Shown piece after piece: positions 20,205-30,657 of a DNA stretch of 64,000 nt; the stretch's first letter is position 1; every line of letters starts with the position of its first letter. Made by a program: the position numbers and the translations under genes. This stretch comes from Victivallales bacterium. Lineage in GTDB: Bacteria; Verrucomicrobiota; Lentisphaeria; Victivallales; UBA1829. Location of the stretch: contig JAZNVL010000017.1 in NCBI GenBank assembly GCA_045592785.1, positions 1,505-65,504 of the forward strand. Reading direction: 5' to 3'. Below the pieces are notes generated by a model. That model was not told where the DNA came from. It worked only from the letters and a program-made list of their open reading frames with translations, and did no database searches.

Positions 20205-21473
20205 ATGAAAATCGAAAATGACATGATTTCCATCGGCGGGATCCCTGCCGCTGAACTGGCAAAACAGTTCGGTACCCCCGTTTACGTTTACAACGAAGCA
20301 AAGATCCGGGAAAATTACCGTCGGGTCTACCAGACCTTCACCAAGTATTATCCCGATTTCGAAATGTTCTATGCGGTCAAATGCTGCAACAATCCTGCCA
20401 TCGTCAATATCATGCGGCAGGAAGGCGCGGGCGCGGACTGCGCCAGTGTCAATGAGATCCTGCTGGCAAAAAGCGTGGGCCTCACCGGTGAAAAGGTCAT
20501 GTTCAGCGGAAACTTCCTCTCCGATGACGATATCCGTCAGGGACTGGAAAGCGGCGTGATCTTCAATCTGGATGACATCAGCATCCTGCCCCGTCTGCTG
20601 AAATTCGGTACCCCGGAAATGATTTCTTTCCGCGTGAATCCCGGTTACGGCAAGAGCAACGTGGGCGAATACGTCACCAATGCCGGACCCAATGCAAAAT
20701 TCGGACTCCATCCCTCCCAGGTGACCGAGGCATACCGTCTGGCTAAAGAAGCCGGGATCAAACGGTTCGGCGCACACATGATGACCGGTTCCTGCATCAC
20801 CGATGCCGATTACTTCCCCTTCGTCACCGGATTGCTCATGGATATCATCGGCAAGACCGGCAAGGAACTGGGGATCGATTTTGAATTCATCGACCTGGGC
20901 GGCGGATTGGGTATCCCCTATCAGCCCGGCGAAGAAGGCCTTGATCTGGATCGTGCCGCCTCCAAAACCGCCGAAATGTTCCGCACAAAATCCGTTGAAT
21001 ACGGACTGAAACCGCCCCAACTCAAAATGGAACCCGCACGTTATTTCGTGGGCAATGCCGGTTACCTTATCGGTACCGTTCACTCCATCAAGGAATCCTA
21101 CAAAAAGATCATCGGTACCGATATCGGAATGAACGTACTGTGCCGTCCCGCCATGTACGGCTCCTATCATCACATCTATGTGGACGGGAAAGAATCCCAT
21201 GACCGCGCGGATCTGGGCCTCTGCGGACAGCTCTGCGAAAATACGGACTTCTGGGTGAAAGAACGTTCTCTGCCCGCCGACATTTGCGAAGGCGATCTGG
21301 TCGTCGTGGAAAATGCCGGGGCATACGGATTCGGGATGAGCTATCAGTATAACGGACGTCTCCGCGCCGCAGAAGTATTGGTGAACGACGGGAAAGCGGT
21401 GGAGATCCGCGCCCGTGAGACCTTTGAAGACATGGTCCGTCACACGAATGTACCGGAATATCTGAAAAAGTGA
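20205..21473 (+). CDS. lysA: Diaminopimelate decarboxylase
   Basis: FGTPVYVY, YAVK, RVNPG, KFG, DLGGG, EPARY, GQLCENTD, GAYGFGMSYQYN. Confidence 0.95.
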   Translation: MKIENDMISIGGIPAAELAKQFGTPVYVYNEAKIRENYRRVYQTFTKYYPDFEMFYAVKCCNNPAIVNIMRQEGAGADCASVNEILLAKSVGLTGEKVMFSGNFLSDDDIRQGLESGVIFNLDDISILPRLLKFGTPEMISFRVNPGYGKSNVGEYVTNAGPNAKFGLHPSQVTEAYRLAKEAGIKRFGAHMMTGSCITDADYFPFVTGLLMDIIGKTGKELGIDFEFIDLGGGLGIPYQPGEEGLDLDRAASKTAEMFRTKSVEYGLKPPQLKMEPARYFVGNAGYLIGTVHSIKESYKKIIGTDIGMNVLCRPAMYGSYHHIYVDGKESHDRADLGLCGQLCENTDFWVKERSLPADICEGDLVVVENAGAYGFGMSYQYNGRLRAAEVLVNDGKAVEIRARETFEDMVRHTNVPEYLKK

Positions 21474-21483
21474 TCCGATTGAC

Positions 21484-21525
21484 ACGTATTTTGCATGAAA
21501 ACACATGCAAAATACGTTTTTTTTT
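21484..21525 (+). terminator. Intrinsic terminator after lysA
   Basis: Perfect 14-bp stem ACGTATTTTGCATG / CATGCAAAATACGT plus T run. Confidence 0.85.
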
Positions 21526-21620
21526 GAAAAAAAGTGACTTTTTTACTTTAAAACAGAAAAAAGCGTATTACATTACTACGGTAACATAATAAACGGATAA
21601 AATCTCTGGAGAAAAAAACG

Positions 21621-22661
21621 ATGATTAATCAGAAGTTGGCTAAATTTTTTTCAAGCGACGTCGGTATTGACCTGGGGACTGCCAACTGTCTTGTGTTCGT
21701 GAAAGACAAAGGGATCGTCCTCGCAGAGCCCTCCGTCGTTGCCGTAGACAAGAATACACGGGAAGTCCTTGCTGTGGGTATGGATGCGTATCGTACCCTG
21801 GGACGCTGCCCGACCAATATGGAAGCCATCCGCCCCATGAAGGACGGTGTGATCGCGGACTTCGAGATCACCGGGGAAATGCTCCGCTATTTTATCGCAA
21901 AAGCAAGATCTTTCATGTCGCCCCGCTGCCGTTTGATCAAACCCCGCGTTATGATCGCGGTACCCTCCGGGATCACTCCGGTGGAACGGCGCGCTGTGGA
22001 AGACAGTGTCACCCGTGCAGGTGCAAGAGAAGTTATTCCCATTGAAGAGCCTATGGCGTCTGCTGTGGGTGTCGGTCTCCCTGTCGCGGAACCCTCCGGC
22101 AGTATGATCGTGGATATCGGCGGCGGTACGACGGAAGTCGCGGTGATCTCGCTTGCCGGTATCGTGGAAGCCAAAAGCTGTCGCGTGGGCGGTGACGAAA
22201 TGAATCAGGCGATCGTTCAGCACATGAAGAAAACATACAGTCTGCTCATCGGGGAACCGACGGCAGAACGGATCAAAATGGAAATCGGCAGCGCGTATCA
22301 GATCGCAGACGAACAGTACATGGACGTCAAGGGCGGTGATATGACTTCCGGTCTCCCCAAAAATATCCGGATCTCATCTTCCGAAATCCGGAAAGCATTG
22401 CAGGAACCCATTACCAATATCCTCGAAGCCATCCGCGCCACCCTCGAACGGTGTCCGCCGGAACTTTCCGGGGACCTTTATGACCGCGGGATCATGCTCG
22501 CGGGCGGCGGCGCACTCCTGCGCGGTTTGAGCAATCTGATCGCGGAAGAAGTGGGGATCCCCGTCAACGTGGCAGATGATCCGCTGCGTGCCGTGGCAAA
22601 CGGGACCGGTATTATTCTGCAGGATATGGATGCCCTGTCCGTACGGCGTCCGCTGGTGTAA
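21621..22661 (+). CDS. mreB: Rod shape-determining actin homolog MreB
   Basis: GIDLGTAN, EPSVVA, RPMKDGVIADF, VDIGGGTTEVAVISL, GGGALLRG. Confidence 0.97.
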   Translation: MINQKLAKFFSSDVGIDLGTANCLVFVKDKGIVLAEPSVVAVDKNTREVLAVGMDAYRTLGRCPTNMEAIRPMKDGVIADFEITGEMLRYFIAKARSFMSPRCRLIKPRVMIAVPSGITPVERRAVEDSVTRAGAREVIPIEEPMASAVGVGLPVAEPSGSMIVDIGGGTTEVAVISLAGIVEAKSCRVGGDEMNQAIVQHMKKTYSLLIGEPTAERIKMEIGSAYQIADEQYMDVKGGDMTSGLPKNIRISSSEIRKALQEPITNILEAIRATLERCPPELSGDLYDRGIMLAGGGALLRGLSNLIAEEVGIPVNVADDPLRAVANGTGIILQDMDALSVRRPLV

Positions 22662-22682
22662 TCTTTTTCCGGCGGCAAGACC

Positions 22683-23363
22683 ATGGCTGTATATTCCGCA
22701 GGTTTCGATTTCGGTTCTTCCAGTGCCTCGTTTGCGGTACTGGAGGATGGCGCTGTCCTGTTCGACCGTTCCATTCCGCTCCCCCAGAGAAATGCGTCGG
22801 AACTCCCCCGTCTCATGAGTGATATACTGCTGGATTTCAATCTCACATTCGAAGATATCAGTCAATGGAGCGTGGGCGCGGGCCCCGGATCTTTTACCGG
22901 ATTGCGTATCGCCGCGGCATTCGTTGCCGGACTGGTGTTCCGCAAGGATGTGAAGACACGGGGCGTTTCCTCGGCGGCGGCATTGGCGCATACGGTATTC
23001 CCGGATGGCGGGGAACCGGTCCTGACTCTTTATGACGGCAGAAAGAACGAACTGCTCGGGTTCGGTCTCAAATACGTCAACGGTTCTTACGAAGAAGACG
23101 GATTCCAGACTGTGGTCCGCAACGAATCCGATCTGGCGAAACTTCGTGCTTCCTATTCCCGTTTCGCGGCTCTCTCTGCCGATAAGGAAGCGGTACGCGC
23201 GGTCTGCCCTGTTTCTGTTGCACTCATTGACTTTGCCGAACGTCTTCATGCCGCATCCCTTGTGTGCTGGAATCCGGATGACTTCACCCGTCCCATGACG
23301 GAACTGACTTATCTGCGCCCTGCTGTATTTGTTCCGCCCGCGGCGGTCCGCACAGACTTGTGA
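22683..23363 (+). CDS. tsaB: tRNA threonylcarbamoyladenosine biosynthesis protein TsaB
   Basis: GPGSFTGLRI, YDGRKNE, C-terminal LTYLR. Confidence 0.88.
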   Translation: MAVYSAGFDFGSSSASFAVLEDGAVLFDRSIPLPQRNASELPRLMSDILLDFNLTFEDISQWSVGAGPGSFTGLRIAAAFVAGLVFRKDVKTRGVSSAAALAHTVFPDGGEPVLTLYDGRKNELLGFGLKYVNGSYEEDGFQTVVRNESDLAKLRASYSRFAALSADKEAVRAVCPVSVALIDFAERLHAASLVCWNPDDFTRPMTELTYLRPAVFVPPAAVRTDL

Positions 23364-23370
23364 GCTGCCC

Positions 23371-24741
23371 ATGAGGATGCTCCTGTTTCTCCTCATGCTG
23401 CCACTTCTCTGCGGAGCTGCGGAGAACGTTCTCATGGATGGATCCACGGGGAAACCTTTGCCCTATTCCTTCATGGATCCGGAACGGAAAATCGTTCTGC
23501 CGGAAACCTATTACCGACGTCAGAATGAGTTCCGTGCGTTCTGGATCTCCACCGTCGCCAATCTGGATTTTCCCCTTTGCAAAACGCCTGCGGAATACGA
23601 AATGAGATTCCGTCAGCTGGTCCGGTGTGCCGCCGATGCCGGGTTCAATGCCATCTTCTTTCAGGTCAGACCGTGCAGCGATGCGTTTTACAAGTCCAGA
23701 TACAATCCCTGGTCACGGTATCTCACGGGAAAAGAAGGAACTGCTTTCCCCGGCAATTACGATCCGCTCCCCTTCATGATCCGGGAGTGTCACAATGCGG
23801 GAATGACGTTCCATGCCTGGCTGAATCCATACCGGATCGCAGGAAAAAGCAAGTTGTCCAAACACAATTATCTCGCCGGACTCCACCGGAACAACTTCGC
23901 CGTGCGCAATCCGGACTCTGTCCTCACAGTTCCCCTGGAAGACGGACAGCATTATATGCACTTTCTGGACCCGGGTGACCCGCAGGTGTTGGTCTTCCTC
24001 ATCAACACGGTGAAGGAACTGCTGACCAATTACGATCTGGATGGAATCCACATGGATGACTATTTCTACCCGTACGAACCCATGGGAACACAGGACAATG
24101 CAACGTATCGTCGTTATGCACCGAAGGGTATGGATATCGCATCCTGGCGCAGAAACAATACGGACCGCCTGGTTTTGAATCTGGGACAACTCATCCGCAA
24201 GCATAATCGCGATACAGGGAAATCCGTCCGGTTCGGCATCAGCCCCTTCGGGATCTGGGCGAACATCACACCGCCCTGTCCGGCGGAGCCTGCCGCCATG
24301 AGACGCTGGCAGAAACTCCAATGCAGTCCCCTGGGCTCGGAGACCAAAGGACACCAATCTCATTATGAGCTGTATGCCAACACCCGGAAATGGGTGAAGA
24401 ATAACTGGATCGATTATGTGATCCCGCAAGTCTACTGGGGTTTTTCCAATCCGGCGGCACCCTTTGCTGCGGTGGTGGACTGGTGGGCGGAAACGGTCAG
24501 GGGCACACAGGTCACGCTTTACATCGGCATCGGGGCGTACCGCATGGGCGTGAATGAGGATTGCCTTTCCGAAGATGAATTATCCAATCAGGTGATCTAT
24601 TGTCAGAAACATCCGGAGATCAAAGGGGTCTCCTTCTTTTCCAGCCGGAGCATTTTTGATGCACCGCCCCCGGTCCGGAAAGCGGCATTCAAGACCGTTT
24701 TTGAGACATTATGGGGCAAAAAGTACACGATTTTGCGATAA
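23371..24741 (+). CDS. Exported glycosyl hydrolase-like 10 (GHL10, YddW/DigH/YngK family)
   Basis: Signal peptide; EFRAFWISTVANLD, FQVRP..DAFY, HAWLNPYR, DGIHMDDYFYPY, FGISPFGIW, IDYVIPQVYW. Confidence 0.9.
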   Translation: MRMLLFLLMLPLLCGAAENVLMDGSTGKPLPYSFMDPERKIVLPETYYRRQNEFRAFWISTVANLDFPLCKTPAEYEMRFRQLVRCAADAGFNAIFFQVRPCSDAFYKSRYNPWSRYLTGKEGTAFPGNYDPLPFMIRECHNAGMTFHAWLNPYRIAGKSKLSKHNYLAGLHRNNFAVRNPDSVLTVPLEDGQHYMHFLDPGDPQVLVFLINTVKELLTNYDLDGIHMDDYFYPYEPMGTQDNATYRRYAPKGMDIASWRRNNTDRLVLNLGQLIRKHNRDTGKSVRFGISPFGIWANITPPCPAEPAAMRRWQKLQCSPLGSETKGHQSHYELYANTRKWVKNNWIDYVIPQVYWGFSNPAAPFAAVVDWWAETVRGTQVTLYIGIGAYRMGVNEDCLSEDELSNQVIYCQKHPEIKGVSFFSSRSIFDAPPPVRKAAFKTVFETLWGKKYTILR

Positions 24742-24896
24742 GCAGGGTCTTTTTTTAAAAATAAATGAAAAAAATGAGACTTTTTGACTTGCGAAACAGG
24801 GATTTTGGTGTAAATTACTCTCCTAAGTATATTCCCGTATCAGGGAATTTTGATTCTGTCGTATAAAAAATTAAAATAAGAAAGGTTTGCAACAAC

Positions 24897-25343
24897 ATGA
24901 AAGCAATCAATTTTGCACTCGCTCAGGCTGCCGGTGATGCCGCAGCTGCACCCGCTGTCACTGCCGCTCCTGCCGCTGCTCCCGCCGCAGAAATCCAGAC
25001 TGTCACCACACAGCCCGCCGCTGTCCCCGGGGATCCCGCCGCGCAGCCGAAACCCGGCATGATGGATGGTCTTATGGGAATGTTGCCCTTTATTCTGGTC
25101 ATCGTCGTGATGTTCTATCTCATGAGCCGGAGCCAGAAGAAAGAACAGAAACGCCGTCAGGAAATGCTTGCCGCGCTGAAGAAGGGCGATGAAGTGTTGA
25201 CCGCCGGTGGAATCTTCGGGAAAGTTGCCGAGATCAAAGAAGACCGCATCTTCATCGAGATCGCTGACAATGTGAAGATCTCCGTGACACAGAACGCGAT
25301 CTCCACGGTGAAAGCTCCCAACGCCGAGGATGTGAAAAAATGA
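24897..25343 (+). CDS. yajC: Preprotein translocase subunit YajC
   Basis: TM followed by QKKEQK, LKKGDEVLTAGGIFG; coupled to secDF. Confidence 0.93.
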   Translation: MKAINFALAQAAGDAAAAPAVTAAPAAAPAAEIQTVTTQPAAVPGDPAAQPKPGMMDGLMGMLPFILVIVVMFYLMSRSQKKEQKRRQEMLAALKKGDEVLTAGGIFGKVAEIKEDRIFIEIADNVKISVTQNAISTVKAPNAEDVKK

Positions 25344-28000
25344 ACAAACGTCCCGTCCTCCTCCGTACATTTTTTGCTCTGATCGTGGTGGGTGTGTTTA
25401 TCGCCTCCATGTTCCCCTTCAAAGAAAAAGACTTCTTTGACACTCTGAAAACACTTCTGGAAAAGCCCGATGATCCCCTGGTCACGGAACTCATTGCCAA
25501 GTCCCGCGAAAAAATGGAGACCGATAAGATCAAGTATCCTTACGCCTCCGCCGCTCTCGAAGCGACTTGCAAAGAAATCCAGGTGACCGGCGAAGACGGA
25601 CAGAAGTTCCCCGTCGACCTGATCAAACTGCTGAAACCTGTGATCGTGAAATCCCAGAAACTGCAGAATAACGGCGACGTGATCTCTCTGGTCCGTAAAA
25701 ATGCCGCCAGTGCTCTGCATCTGGGGATCGACCTGAACGGCGGTGCGGAATTCCTGCTGAAACTGGAAGCCGGGGATGCCAACGCCGAAGCCAACTTCGA
25801 CAAGTATCGCGACAACGCCATCGAAACTCTCCGGAAACGTCTGGAAAGCAATAACATCTTTGAATCCGAAATCTCCCCTGCCGGACAAGACCTCATCTCG
25901 GTCCGCGTGCCGGTCAGCAACAAAGATGAAAAAGCCCGTCTGGAAAAACTCATCCTCCGCAGTGCGAAACTGGAATTCCGTCTGGTACACCCGGACAGCG
26001 ACGCGGAAGTCCGCAAGTTCGAAGCCTATCTTGCGGAAGGCGGCGATCCGGAAAACTATCAGGATACTCCCCCCGAAGCCGAATTTCTCTCCATGGAAGA
26101 ACGTGACAGAGACGGCAATCTCTTCTATCGCTGGACTCTCGTGGAAAACGAAGTGCAGATGGAAGGGGATCAGGTGGAAGATGCCGCTGTGCATCTGAAT
26201 GAATTCAATTTCCGTGAGATCTCTCTGAAATTCAAACCCCAGGGCGCTGTCGAATTCGGCAAGATCACCACAAAATGGGTCAATCACCGTCTCGCCATCG
26301 TGCTGGATGGACAGCTTTACAGTGCGCCCAATCTGAAAGAACCTATTCTCGGCGGCAGTGCCTCCATCAGCGGGAACTTCTCCCAAGATGAAGCCAAAGG
26401 TGTCGCCGATGCGCTCGTCAGCGGTTCACTCCCCTTCAATATCACCATCGCTTCCCGTTCCGACATTGATGCTACCGTTGGTACGGAAACGATCCGTCAG
26501 AGTCTTTACAGCGGGATCATCGGTACGATCCTGGTGATGATCTTCATGATCGTTTACTACCGTTTCGCCGGTATGATCGCCAATATCTCTCTGGTGTTCA
26601 ACGCACTGGTGCTGATCGGCGCCATGGCTGCCTTTGATGTGGTGCTGACTCTCCCCGGTATCGCCGGTATCATCCTCACCATCGGGATGGCGGTGGACGC
26701 CAACGTGCTGATCTACGAACGTATCCGTGAAGAAATGGAAGCGGGCAAGACACTGCGTCATGCAGTGGATGTCGGTTTCAACCGTGCGTTCTCTGCGATT
26801 TTCGACTCCAACCTGACCACCCTCTTCATCGGTTTGATCCTGTTCTGGCAGGGTACCGGTGCCATCAAAGGGTTTGCCTTGACGTTGGCGATCGGTATCT
26901 TCACCACCCTCTTCACTGCGGTGTTCCTCACACGGCTGCTGTTTGACCTGTTCCTGCGGATCCCCTTCCTCAAGATGGACAAACTGACCATGATGATGTT
27001 CCTGCCGAATCCCAAGTTCGACTTCATCACACTTTCCAAGAAGATCTTCATCCCGCTTTCCTGCGTGATGTTCATCGGTTCTCTGGTGCTCTTCGCGGTG
27101 AAGGGATCCGACACACTGGGCATCGACTTCACCGGCGGTACCCAGCTTCTGGTCCGCTATGTGCCGAAAGATAAAGCCCAGGAACAGATCCCGGTTTCCG
27201 AAATCGATACCTGGCTCAAGAACTCCGGTTATGACTCCAAGTCCACCTACAAAAAAGTGACGGACGAAGACAACAAAGACGGTGCCAGCATGTTGGAAAT
27301 CGTGGTGCGCAGCCGGGATGACCACAGCAAAGTCTCTTCCGAAATCAGCGATGAACTGATCCGGAAACTGGACCAGAAATACCCGGATGTGGTCTTCACC
27401 AAAGTGTCTGAAAACACGTTGGGTGCGCTCATCGGCGGTGCGTTCATGCGGTCTGCCATCATCGCATTGATCTTCTCCATGATCGGTATGATCCTTTACA
27501 TGGTGATCCGCTTCCAGTTCTCCTACTCCATTGCTGCCAATATCGCTTTGGTCCACGACGTGATCGTCTCCATGGGGATCTACGTTGCTCTGGGCGGACA
27601 GTTCTCCATGCAGGTGATGGCATCACTGCTGACCCTGATCGGGTATTCGGTGAACGATACGATCGTGACCTTCGACCGTCAGCGTGAAAACCTGGTATTG
27701 CAGCAGCATACGGGTATGTCCTATATCGGCATTGTGAATCTGAGTATCAACCAGACCCTCGCCAGAACGATCCTGACCTCTTTCTCGGTCCTGCTGATCC
27801 TGATCTGTCAGCTGTTCCTGGGCGGAGATGGTATCCGTGACTTCATCACCGTGATGTTCATCGGCTGTATCGTCGGCTGCTACTCCTCCATCTTCATCTC
27901 GCCGTTCATCACAGCCTACTGGCATAAGTCTGTGAAGAGCATCAGCGATAAAGATACGGCTCCGGCTGCACCTGCTGCGGAAGAAGCGACAGCAGAATAA
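25340..28000 (+). CDS. secDF: Fused protein translocase subunit SecDF
   Basis: LGIDLNGG, LAIVLDG, TLPGIAGIILTIGMAVDANVLIYERIREE, GIDFTGG, GYSVNDTIV.FDR. Confidence 0.96.
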   Translation: MNKRPVLLRTFFALIVVGVFIASMFPFKEKDFFDTLKTLLEKPDDPLVTELIAKSREKMETDKIKYPYASAALEATCKEIQVTGEDGQKFPVDLIKLLKPVIVKSQKLQNNGDVISLVRKNAASALHLGIDLNGGAEFLLKLEAGDANAEANFDKYRDNAIETLRKRLESNNIFESEISPAGQDLISVRVPVSNKDEKARLEKLILRSAKLEFRLVHPDSDAEVRKFEAYLAEGGDPENYQDTPPEAEFLSMEERDRDGNLFYRWTLVENEVQMEGDQVEDAAVHLNEFNFREISLKFKPQGAVEFGKITTKWVNHRLAIVLDGQLYSAPNLKEPILGGSASISGNFSQDEAKGVADALVSGSLPFNITIASRSDIDATVGTETIRQSLYSGIIGTILVMIFMIVYYRFAGMIANISLVFNALVLIGAMAAFDVVLTLPGIAGIILTIGMAVDANVLIYERIREEMEAGKTLRHAVDVGFNRAFSAIFDSNLTTLFIGLILFWQGTGAIKGFALTLAIGIFTTLFTAVFLTRLLFDLFLRIPFLKMDKLTMMMFLPNPKFDFITLSKKIFIPLSCVMFIGSLVLFAVKGSDTLGIDFTGGTQLLVRYVPKDKAQEQIPVSEIDTWLKNSGYDSKSTYKKVTDEDNKDGASMLEIVVRSRDDHSKVSSEISDELIRKLDQKYPDVVFTKVSENTLGALIGGAFMRSAIIALIFSMIGMILYMVIRFQFSYSIAANIALVHDVIVSMGIYVALGGQFSMQVMASLLTLIGYSVNDTIVTFDRQRENLVLQQHTGMSYIGIVNLSINQTLARTILTSFSVLLILICQLFLGGDGIRDFITVMFIGCIVGCYSSIFISPFITAYWHKSVKSISDKDTAPAAPAAEEATAE

Positions 28001-28024
28001 GCCGCTTTCCACGGAAAACAAAAT

Positions 28025-28062
28025 ACCCGGTGTACGGTAACGTACGCCGGGTTTACTTTTTT
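28025..28062. terminator. Terminator between convergent secDF and mutS
   Basis: ACCCGGTGTACG-GTAA-CGTACGCCGGGT stem with A-rich and T-rich flanks. Confidence 0.75.
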
Positions 28063-28087
28063 AAATGACGGAACTTTGACGGATGGA

Positions 28088-30646
28088 TCAATCGAATAGG
28101 GATGGCTGGAAAATGTCGGGATCTGACGGATCATTGACGGGCGCGACAGACTTCCGGGAAATGCCTTTGCGCTGTTCCCGGATGGCATGGACCACGGCGG
28201 GTTGTCCGGCATCGGCGATGGCATTTGCTTCCAGATTTTCCAGAATGATCCTTGCCCGTTCGATGACTTCGGCGGGGAGTCCTGCCAGTTTCGCCACATG
28301 GATCCCGTAACTCTTATCGGCGGCACCCGGCACGATCTGACGGAGGAAGATGATCTGGTCGCCGTATTCGCGGACAGCCACGTTATAATTCCGGACACCT
28401 TTCCGTGTGATAGCAAGTTCCGTCAGCTCGTGATAATGGGTGGCGAACTGGGTTCTTGCGCGGCAGTCGGGATGATCCAGGAGGAATTCCGCCACCGCCC
28501 AGGCAATGGAGAGTCCGTCGAACGTACTGGTCCCTCTGCCGATCTCATCCAGGATCACCAGACTTTTTGCGGTGGCATGATTGAGGATATTGGCTGTTTC
28601 CACCATTTCCACCATGAACGTACTTTGTCCGCGGGCAATGTCATCCATTGCGCCCACGCGGGTGAAGATCTGATCGGCGATCCCGATCCATGCCTCATCG
28701 GCGGGGATGAATGAGCCCATCTGCGCCATGATGACCAGCAGCGCGGTCTGACGGATGTATGTGGATTTCCCCGCCATATTGGGGCCGGTGATGATCATCA
28801 TACGGTTATCCGTGCCGTCCAGAAGGGTGTCGTTGGGGACGAACCGTTCCTGTTCCATCTGGGCATCCAGCACGGGATGCCGTCCGCCGTTGATCTTGAG
28901 GATATCGCCATCGGAGATATGGGGACGGCAATACTGATACAAAGCGGCGCAATCGGCGAGTGCGCAAAGAGTATCCAGCACGCCGATGGCGGCGGCAGAC
29001 TCCTGGATTTGCGGGGTATACCCGCTTGCGGTTTTCCGCAATTCTTCGAAGAGGACGAGTTCCAACGCCTTGGATTTTTCTTCTGCGCCCAGGATCTTGC
29101 TTTCGAATTCTTTGAGTTCCGGGGTGATGAACCGTTCCCCGTTGGCGAGAGTCTGTTTACGGATATAATCCTCCGGCACATGCGCCAGATTGGATTTGGA
29201 GACTTCGATATAATAACCGAAGACCTTGTTGAAATGCACTTTCAGCGACTTGATCCCGGTCCGTTCCTGTTCTTTTGCCTGTAATTCCGCCACCCATTTC
29301 TTTCCGTCGGTGGCGGCAAGACGCAGTTCATCCAGTTCGGCGTTGTATCCAGCGCGGATGTAACCGCCGTCATTGAGCGTGGGAGGCGGTTCTTCGGCGA
29401 TGCCGCGGAAAAGAAGACTGGTGAGGTCCGGCAATTCGGTGATTTGCTCTTTCAAACGTTCCAGCAGCGGCAGATCGAATGCGGAGAGAAGCGTACGGAT
29501 CCCGGGGAGGATCTCCAGACTGCACGCCAGAGCAAGCAGGTCCCGGGCGTTCACATTGCCCGCATTGAGTTTCGCAGTGAGCCGTTCCATGTCCCGGACA
29601 GCGGAAAGACATTCCCGGAACTCCGCCAGAGTCATGGGGTCATCCCGGAAGAGACCGACCACATCCTGCCGTTCCACGATACGGTCCACACTGCACAGGG
29701 GTTTCAGGATCCAGTCCCGCATCAGCCGGCTGCCCATGGCGGTTTTTGTCCGGTCGAGAAGACGGAGAAGTGTTCCATCTTTCCCTCCGCCGCGGAGATT
29801 TTCGACGAGTTCGAGATTCCGCTGACAAATGGGGTCCAGCCCCATATAATCGCTGCAAATATTCAAACGGAGCGTGCGGATGTGTCCGGTATTATGCCGG
29901 AGGTTTTCCGCCGCGTAATAGAACACGGCACCCGCCGCCCGGATCGCGGATTCCTTATCCCGCAGGCCGAAACCGTCGAGAGTGGCGACATGGAACTGGC
30001 GGTAGAGGACATCCTGTGCGTTATCGATGGAAAAGATCCAGTCATCCTGCGGAGTCCAGAGTGGTTTTTTCCGGAGGAAGGGGAAATCATCGTTTTTGTT
30101 CCATTCTTCATAAAGGGTGAAGGGAACGAGACATTCTCTGGGCTGGATCCGTTGGAGTTCGCTTTCCAGTTCTGCGCGGGAAACGGGTTCCCCGGTGACG
30201 AATTCGGCGGTACTGATATCCAGCCATGCCAGCCCGTAGGATTCTTTGGGACCGGAACAGACGGCGCAGAGAAAGTTGTTGTTTTCGGGTTTGAGATAAG
30301 AGGATTCCAGGATGGCGCCGGGCGTGAGGATCCGTGTAATTGCACGCTGCACGATCCCTTTTGCCAGTTTCGGATCTTCCATCTGTTCGGCGATGGCGAC
30401 TTTGACTCCGGCATCCAGCAGTTTCGGCAGGTAAGCCTCCAACGCATGATAGGGTACGCCGCACATGGGATAACCGGCACGGCGGGTCAACACCACATCC
30501 AGAATGGGGGCGGCGCGGACCGCATCATCGAAAAACATTTCATAAAAATCGCCGAGGCGGAACATGAGGATGGCGCCGGAGGGAGTTTCCGACTTCACCT
30601 GCATGTACTGCTTCATCATGGGTGTCATACTGACTTCTTCCGCCAT
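28088..30646 (-). CDS. mutS: DNA mismatch repair protein MutS
   Basis: TPMMKQY, FRLGDFYEMF, TGPNMAGKSTY, STFMVEM, DEIGRGTST, SYGIHVA, C-terminal QPSLF clamp-binding motif. Confidence 0.98.
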   Translation of the reverse strand: MAEEVSMTPMMKQYMQVKSETPSGAILMFRLGDFYEMFFDDAVRAAPILDVVLTRRAGYPMCGVPYHALEAYLPKLLDAGVKVAIAEQMEDPKLAKGIVQRAITRILTPGAILESSYLKPENNNFLCAVCSGPKESYGLAWLDISTAEFVTGEPVSRAELESELQRIQPRECLVPFTLYEEWNKNDDFPFLRKKPLWTPQDDWIFSIDNAQDVLYRQFHVATLDGFGLRDKESAIRAAGAVFYYAAENLRHNTGHIRTLRLNICSDYMGLDPICQRNLELVENLRGGGKDGTLLRLLDRTKTAMGSRLMRDWILKPLCSVDRIVERQDVVGLFRDDPMTLAEFRECLSAVRDMERLTAKLNAGNVNARDLLALACSLEILPGIRTLLSAFDLPLLERLKEQITELPDLTSLLFRGIAEEPPPTLNDGGYIRAGYNAELDELRLAATDGKKWVAELQAKEQERTGIKSLKVHFNKVFGYYIEVSKSNLAHVPEDYIRKQTLANGERFITPELKEFESKILGAEEKSKALELVLFEELRKTASGYTPQIQESAAAIGVLDTLCALADCAALYQYCRPHISDGDILKINGGRHPVLDAQMEQERFVPNDTLLDGTDNRMMIITGPNMAGKSTYIRQTALLVIMAQMGSFIPADEAWIGIADQIFTRVGAMDDIARGQSTFMVEMVETANILNHATAKSLVILDEIGRGTSTFDGLSIAWAVAEFLLDHPDCRARTQFATHYHELTELAITRKGVRNYNVAVREYGDQIIFLRQIVPGAADKSYGIHVAKLAGLPAEVIERARIILENLEANAIADAGQPAVVHAIREQRKGISRKSVAPVNDPSDPDIFQPSLFD

Positions 30647-30657
30647 GCGGCACCACC

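Noticed and set aside
19134-21506. Long antisense ORFs (790 aa here; also 6245-7903, 8529-10844, 14043-15932, 40704-42515, 52783-54411, 57730-59238)
   Set aside because: They mirror well-supported genes on the opposite strand, have no motifs, and are expected from biased codon usage.
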